Shown here piece by piece: positions 38,109-45,401 of a stretch of 45,401 bases of DNA. Within the stretch, counting starts at the first letter, position 1; every line of letters starts with the position of its first letter. The position numbers and the translations under genes were made by a program. The notes beneath the pieces were generated by a model that was given only the letters and a program-made list of their open reading frames with translations, did no database searches and had not been told where the DNA came from. Where the stretch lies: assembly GCA_001642005.1 (NCBI GenBank), contig LWCA01000164.1, positions 1 through 45,401 of the forward strand, in the 5' to 3' direction. The stretch is from Intoshia linei (Eukaryota > Animalia > Orthonectida).

Positions 38109-41049
38109 ATGTCTCAATCTGACGATAGTTACTTGTCTGATGATAACCCATTATACGACGACTGCGAATTGGAAGAAGGCGAAATTGAAGATATTGACAT
38201 AGCAGATGATGAAATAAATTATATTCAATCATTTGATAATAAAGATGTGATAGTACCAGATGTACTAATAGACGAATTACCTGAACTGAAGAGAAGTGAC
38301 ATTTTCCTAAACGACTATGAAGATGAAAATAATGTATATTTAATAATTTAACCTAGCGTTTTCCAACCTTTTCACTTTTACGACCGGTGAGATTGCAAAA
38401 TTATATTGACTGACAGGTAGAATTTGATTATTTATGAAAGTTTAACACTGTAGTTCTTAATGTGGCTATCACTGCTTTGAAAACGATTTTCATCAAATTA
38501 AATTTCTTTTATTTTGTGTATATTCTTCGAGATTAGTACAAAACTATACATAGAGTAGGTTGGAATCGCTTATTTAGACCAACTTTTTAAATCTGAATCA
38601 TTACTAACTTGAAAATAAAATATTTATTATTGGATAAGTGGTTATTAAAAAACTTTTAGACTTTATTGATGATATAAACATATATTATTTAATTTAGCGG
38701 TCATCACCAATTCAAGGCATGCGTTCTGGTAAGCCTAAAAGAAAAATGCACGGATATATTGATTTGGACGAAGCAGAGGACGTTGTACCTGCAGTCAAAC
38801 CGGGTCCAGTAAAAAAAGTTCCGCTGGCAGACCAAGACTATCAGGATTTGTTATTGAAGAGTTTAAAGTCACGTAAAACTAAAGAGGACCAAGATGAGAA
38901 ACCTTCCCATACTGTAAAAAAACCACGTAGACAAGCCGTATCTCCAAAAAAAGTTGTTCGAAAAAGGTTTAGACTGAGAAACAAACCAAAAAAAAAGTTT
39001 TTAGGATCAATTAAACCGATGCACGGTCAAAATATTGATAGTCTCATGGGTCCTACTAATCCGCCTACGTTGCCGGATGTTTCCAAATATATTGAAAGAA
39101 GGCAAAACGAAAATTTAAATAACGTACCGATTAAAACAAGTAAACGGAAAACCAATAACCCTCGCAATACTGTCGTAAAACGCCCATTACTAGAAACTCC
39201 GCAAGGATACAATGTTGAAGCATATCCTAATGGTAACGATAAGTTTAGATCTCCTCTTATTAAGGACATTGATGTACGTAGTATGAATTATCATCGTGAT
39301 ATGGATGCGAGGCAACGCCCTATAACGTTTAGAAATAATAATTTGACAATGGAATACCAACAGAATCGTCCCAATTACCCAACTATAGGGAATAGGGATG
39401 TGGATAGGCGGATTATCCAAAACAATAACGCTTATGTGAGTATTAATCGAAACTTTAATCGCAATGAGCTTGGTAGGAAAGAAGATAAAGTTCCAATTTG
39501 TCCACCAGTATTCAATGATTATGTTGAACCGAAATATAATCAAATTCATGAAGAATCTCCTAAACATTTAAATGAAAAAGCTAGCCCCAACAAATCTTTT
39601 AATGCTAAAAATGCAGCCTTGTTAAATACTCCTCCGTCAGTATCTAAGAATCTTCAATCTAAAGAAAAAAAGAAGAAAAAATCTGTCATTACACCAATGT
39701 CAGAAATCCCTTGTAAATTTTTTCGAGAAGGTCATTGCCGTAAAACTGACAAATGCAGATTTAATCATAACCTGGTTCCAGAAAAGAAAAGACAAATGTG
39801 CAAATTTTATTTAACTGGAGTTTGTAATAAACTGGACTGTGTCTATATGCATGCCGATTTTCCTTGTAAATTTTATCATACTGGTAACATTTGTTACTCT
39901 CATCCAAATTGTAAATTTTCACATGAACCTTTGACGGATGAGACAAAGATTTTATTAAATGAAATACTAAATTCTCATCAAGATTGCGAAAATGAAAATA
40001 ATGAGGAGTTTGTTAAACGAGACGACGTGGACGTTATGTTTAAAGATGAGAACCCACTTCCAAATATTTCAAACGGGGTACCGCTTAGTGCACCTTCAAC
40101 AATTGTAAAGATTGAATCAAATAATTACCATGACATACACCCTATGTCTCGGTTTATGCGTCCTAATCTAGCTATACCACCACCACCGATAAATAACTTT
40201 AATCCTATGAGAGCAATGACTGACATGATAATGACGCGTCCTGTAATTGATAATTTCATGTATCAGGCTCCTCCTAATGTTCCCGTTACATTAATACCAC
40301 CACCTAGTACTTGTAATTATAACGCTTCACCAATAAATACAATTACACGACCTGTCACAGAACGGTACGGTGGAGCTACATTCACTCCTTCAAGTATAAA
40401 TGATAATTTTGATGCTTTCGGTGGAAATGTCAATGATGGAGACCAATTTAATAGTAATCACCTGGAAGACCAAATGTTACAAGACTATCATAACCAAAAA
40501 AAATGTAACGTAGACCTAGTTAAAGACTTTTCAATATTCGAATGTAAACAAAAGAACACAGATACTGAAATGTCGAATTTACTACCGAGTGACCCACGTA
40601 GAAAATTGTCAAAAATTTTAAATTCTAAAGAAAAACAAATTGAAACACATGAGGAGGAGTCACCAATAAATTCTCTTATATTTAATCCTATGGAAAGTAT
40701 TCGCCAAATTGGTTCAATTCAAAAAAATTTAAATTTGGGCTTGGACGCTTTAAATAAATCAAAAGAAACTGAAAAAAAACAAAAGATTGATAAAGTAGAA
40801 TCAATTAATACTGCAAATGAAAATGAACCAAATTTTATAAAATTGCACAATTATCAACTCAATTTATATACCGATAATTCTAAAATATCCAATAAATCAA
40901 ATATCGATGAAACTGATAAGGAGGATGAATCCTTTTTTAAAAATTACTTTAAAGATAATTTTGATGATGATGTGGATAATTTTTCTCACCGTTATGATCC
41001 CCGTTTCAAAAGAAAGATTCAGTCAAATAATGAAAATAATGAAGATTAA
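38109..41049 (+). CDS. ZC3H4/ZC3H6/Suppressor-of-sable-like triple CCCH zinc-finger protein (~858 aa, 2 coding exons)
   Basis: Exons 38109-38333 (acidic, ELEEGEIED) and 38698-41049 join in phase 0. Three CCCH fingers: CKFFREGHCRKTDKCRFNH...KKRQMCKFYLTGVC..LDCVYMHADFPCKFYHTGNICYSHPNCKFSHEPLTDETK. Also a Pro-rich region and DPR motifs (PSDPRRK, YDPRFK) typical of this family. Confidence 0.92.
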
Positions 41050-41263
41050 AATTTAGTTTTCTAATTATATTAAAATTTTAGATCTTTACGTTTCATTTGT
41101 TTTGTTTCGTTTTGTTATAGTTTGTATCGTTTTGTTTAGTTTCGTTTTGATTATTTAATAATAGGCGAATGGTCATTTTCAATTGCCTAGTATTTTACAA
41201 ACATATTTTTAAATTCATCCACCAACAATATCAAGTCAAATTATTATATAATAATGCTTTGAA

Positions 41264-44200
41264 ATGTCACTTATTATTTTCGGTTTTATTCAAATTTTTA
41301 TAGTTATTTTTTGTTTTGTGTAGTTATTTTGTCATTATTTGTTAATGCAATTGCTAATAAATGTACCATTAATAATTGTGAATATTGTACAAAATTGCCC
41401 ATGACTTGTTCAAATTGTAAAGCTGGTTATTTTCTTTATTCCGATAATTGCTTGCGTATGTTTTTATTATTATTCATTCATTCCATGTAATTTTGAATTA
41501 TAGCTTGTGTTGACCAATGCAACCAGTGTAAAAATGCCACAACATGTCAACATTGTGTGGATGGATTATACTTTGACAATTTAGGTCAAAAATGTGTTGG
41601 TAATTTATAATTCAACATTGAACGAGTGGTTCTCAAATTTAACGCGAAATTTTTCACATTCTTTAAAAATGGAAATAGCAAAGAAACCACTTTCTAAGAT
41701 TGAAAACTTGATTTTTGAATTCTCAATATACTATTGTATTTTTGATACACAGCGCCGAAGCTATCGAATCCGAGAACTGTCTTCGGGACCTCGACAAAAC
41801 AGTTTTGTAAAATGGTGGCCTCATTTTTCTTTTTTTTAGATGCCTATTTTTTATTTTCAATGACTCGAATATTAAAAGTTCCTAGAATTAAATTAACTAT
41901 CCAACACCCTGGAAAAAAACTACTACTAAAATCTGTAGAATTTGCCTTTTAAAAATTTCACCAGTATTTTTTGTATAATATCCTTACTTACATAAAAATG
42001 AATTATTATATATAATCGTGAATGTGTAGGTAGTACATTATGTTTTGCAGAGATCAGTTTAACAAAAACTAATATAGTAATATATACTAATATATTTTCG
42101 ATATTAAACTAAATAATCATTATTAGACTGTTTGCCACACTGCCAAATTTGTTCGACGTCAAATATTTGTTTAAAGTGCGATAATGGAAATTACCTTTCT
42201 GATACATCTTCTTGTATTAGTAAGACTTTATAACACTTAAATAGTGCATTTATATTATATTTTTATCATAATCAGTCTAAAAATTTCTGGCTTAACGATT
42301 CGATTTTATATAAAATAGGTGTCTACTTAAATTCAACCATTTTTACTAAACATCAAAATTTACCAACACTAACAGGAAAATATCAGTTTTACCAACCCTA
42401 AAAGAAAATTCTAGTTTTACCAACCTTTAAGCGATAAATCCAATTTTACAAAATTGCGGAGTTGGCAAGGTGTCAGTATTTATATTGGAAGGGTAGTATA
42501 AAAAATTATTTTGTCAGTACTTTAAATATACTGTCAGTATTTAAATTAAATGTTCTGTATAAATTGAAACTAACAAAAAATCCTTTTGTAAAATATATTA
42601 CAATACTCTACTATTGTCATAATTAAATTTTATTTGTTCTCATAAAAAAATATTATATGATGTGAACACCATAGAATATTTCTAATTTTTTTGTAATATG
42701 GTTTGTAAGTATAATATGGTATCTTAATATTTCAGCTTTAACTTGGATCTGTAGTGGATGATATAACTCAAAAACAAAAGCTCGATTTTTCCATTAAAGG
42801 TTGGTAAAACTGTAATTTTCTCTAAAGGGTTTTTAAAACCGAATTTTTCCTTTTAGAGTTGGTAAAATTGGGATTTTCCCTAAAGGTCTTTTAAAATGGA
42901 ATTTTTCCATTAAATGTTGGTAAAAGTGGGTTTTTCCATAAGGATTGGTAAAATTAGGATTTTTCTTTAGGGGTTTGTAAAAGTGTATTTTTCCTTTAAA
43001 AGTTAGTAAATTTTGATTTTTAGTAAAAATGGTTGAATTTAAGTAAAAATAATTGGATTTTAATAAAAATGTTTGGATTTTGGTAAAAATGATTGAGTTT
43101 AAGAATATTCTCATATAAAATCATTAACTTGACTGTTTTTGAACTTGACCTGACATGTACTTTGTACAAACAACAGTTAGCTCTTTGGAAGATTTATGTT
43201 TTAATGTTTAGAACTATGTATTAATTGAATATATACAATTAATATATAATTTTAAAAACAATCAAACTATATTTACAATCCTAAAAATTGTCTTAAATAA
43301 CATGAATTCCAAAAAATGAAATTTTAAATACCCGTAATTTGATTGGTAATTGGGGTTTTTGACCATGTAGGACTCAATTTCCGAAATTAAAATTTGCGAT
43401 AAAACATCTCTCTCAAAAAATTGTTCTAGCAACTGAATTTTTTAAATTCCACAACTCTTAATTTATTAATTAAACGGTAACAAACATACAGACATTTAAT
43501 TATGTATAAGTAAAGGATAAGAAAATATTTTTATAAAAAAAAAATCATAGTCCTTGAGCAGAGTGATATAAGTGTTATAATAATAATTATTAACGATCAC
43601 ATTAAATACATGTACGTGTCAATCATGTTCCAGGAAAGTCTAATATCTATATGTCATTTTGGCAAGTAACAATAACTTTGAGTGTAATTATTCAACATTT
43701 TTCAGTTAATTTCTGAAAATTATCGAGGCCACGCGTTGAGTAGGGTAATATGGACTAATCATTGATAGATATTCATAATTTTTAATTTAAATCTATTGTT
43801 TATTAGAATGTCCTGATAATTGTGCAAATTGTCTAGACACTAAAACGTGTAAAAAGTGTTCAAAAGGATATTATTTAATTAACAAATTATGTCTAGGTAA
43901 TATTACTATACATATAATACATTAATTACCGTATTTAATATGTTTTAGTTTGTATTTCAAATTGCATTGAATGCGACTCACCCGTTTGTAAAAAATGTAA
44001 AACTGGTTATTTCTGGTTAGAGAGTAAATGCACAGGTACTTTTTTTGTTTTATTATTAACTAATTTTAAATACATATCATAATAGATCATGATTCTGATA
44101 TTACGTATTATATTTAATTAGTACACATATACTTAAATTTATCAGTATTATTATTATTTAAGTCATATCAATAATTATATATTAAAGTAATGTGGTTTTG

Positions 44201-44744
44201 TAAATCTTTGTAAATTACACTGCATAAATTGTAGTTGAAATTTACTTAATCTATTTCATAATTTAACAGGATTTTGTATTTTTAAAATAATTTATTTTGT
44301 GTGTACCCATAAACCTATCGCGACAGTGGATTAAATTTTTTTATTTCTTAATTATAAATATAGATTGTGGTATAAATTGTCTGAAATGTGACCATGCCAA
44401 TGGATGTACTTCTTGCAAAAATGGATACATTCTTACTAACAAAATTTGCACAGGTTCAATCACGAAACTATATAAATAATAAAATTATTAATAGCTTGTA
44501 ACGAATTGAATTCAAATACATGTTCTACTTGCATCACTGCCTCTTTTGGGCATATTTATGATTATAAAAATTTTATTTGCAACCGTAATTTTAATATTCG
44601 TTTATCAATAGTTATTTTTATTAGGTTGTACGGATAATTGTTTAAAGTGCACCACTGACGCAGGGAAAAATAATGTTTGTTTTACAACTATGGATCATTG
44701 TAGAGATGGCTTTGCTTATGATTCAACCTCCAAGACATGCTTAG
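41264..44744 (+). CDS. Secreted/surface Cys-rich protein with tandem furin-like (CxxC) repeats; runs beyond the last recognisable exon
   Basis: Exons 41264-41282, 41324-41455 (MSLIIFVILSLFVNAIA signal peptide; KCTINNCEYC...CSNCKAGYFL..DNCL), 41504-41599, 42127-42219, 43807-43896, 43949-44035, 44364-44453, 44495-44584 and 44625-44744. All introns are phase 1 GT-AG. Most exons are C-x3-C-x2-C-x4/5-C-x2-C-x2-GY-x5/7-C. No stop codon is reached. Confidence 0.9.
42300..43122. mobile_element. Foldback-type element with ~29-bp tandem repeats in its inverted arms
   Basis: About 8 units of TTTTCCnTTAAAGGTTGGTAAAAnTGGA at 42787-43020, 3-4 inverted units at 42355-42450, and a unique inverted block ACTTAAATTCAACCATTTTTACTAAA (42325 / 43044). 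Confidence 0.7.
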
Positions 44745-44779
44745 GTATTTAAGACATCAAAGTATTAAATATATATTAT

Positions 44780-45165
44780 TTAATCATTGAACTCTATCAG
44801 AATAAACTTTTTTTTAATTTTTAATTATTTCACATTTTTTGTTTTAATAAAATATTTCGAAAAAAATATGAATACTAAAATGAATTTTTACTTAATTAAT
44901 GAGTTGTCACTTATTCGGATTAAAATTTTCTGTGTGTGTTAACAAGATACAACTGTAAAACCTGTAAATTTTTTGAAATTCTAGGGCTGTTTTCATTATA
45001 AAAAGAAGGGTAATTTGGGGTTTTGGCCCTGAAGATATAATTTTTTTAAATTTAAATTTATGATAATGTTTATGATTTTAAAATCCGTATCAGCTTATAT
45101 ATTTTTTAAATTCTTCAACTCGTCTGATTTTCAAAAAAAGGGACAATTGGGGTTTTTGACATGTA
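44780..45165 (-). mobile_element. Helitron-like internal fragment
   Basis: Co-linear with 10570-10950 (CTCTATCAGA...GTCACTTATTCGGATT...TCTAGGGCTGTTTTC...GGGACAATTGGGGTTTTTGAC). Confidence 0.7.
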
Positions 45166-45401
45166 TTAGGTCGTTTCATAAGTAATGTTGTTTTTATTAT
45201 AACTTTATTATAAATCATTATATCTTTACGAATATTTACTGTAAGTGCGTTATTTTTTTATTTTTACGAAATATGGACAAAATGTGTATTCGATGAAAGA
45301 GTAATTTCCGATGACAAACATATTTTTAATAGTATTAAGAAACAATGTGGATGATTATGAATGTCATATCAGACATATTTTACTTTATGAGTTTCATATG
45401 G

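Noticed and set aside
42787-43020. ~29-bp repeat array resembling a CRISPR array; ORF 42833-43114
   Set aside because: The units are directly tandem and degenerate with no unique spacers. The context is eukaryotic with no cas genes, and the ORF is a by-product of the repeat.

Overview
This is eukaryotic, almost certainly animal, genomic DNA. It is very AT-rich, has spliceosomal GT-AG introns (many only ~30-55 nt) and uses the standard genetic code, so the ORF track mostly shows single exons. Manual splicing recovers: (1) a secreted multi-CUB-domain gene (- strand, 7691 to about 1069); (2) a probable small multi-pass membrane protein gene (-, about 13859 to 12952); (3) a Kelch-repeat (KLHL-type) gene remnant with an in-frame TAA (+, about 14500-14931) that the ORF track misses; (4) a divergent DIP2 (Disco-interacting protein 2) gene with two adenylation-like domains (+, about 18282-32624); (5) a ZC3H4/ZC3H6/Su(s)-like triple-CCCH gene with DPR motifs (+, 38109-41049); and (6) a secreted CxxC/furin-like repeat gene built from one phase 1-1 exon per repeat (+, 41264 to beyond 44744). 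Introns and intergenic DNA are packed with DNA transposons: a Helitron-like family, several hAT elements with exact 8-bp target duplications, a piggyBac-like element with an unusual TTAG duplication, a MULE transposase remnant, and foldback and hairpin MITEs. One DIP2 intron holds a four-level nest (Helitron > piggyBac-like > MULE > hAT). Tiny introns, high AT and very divergent metazoan proteins suggest a fast-evolving invertebrate such as an orthonectid, which is inference only. No CRISPR, rRNA, tRNA or prokaryotic-type system is visible, and I cannot claim a new biological system. The best leads are the modular Cys-rich protein, the TE nest, the degenerate DIP2 and hints of trans-splicing.
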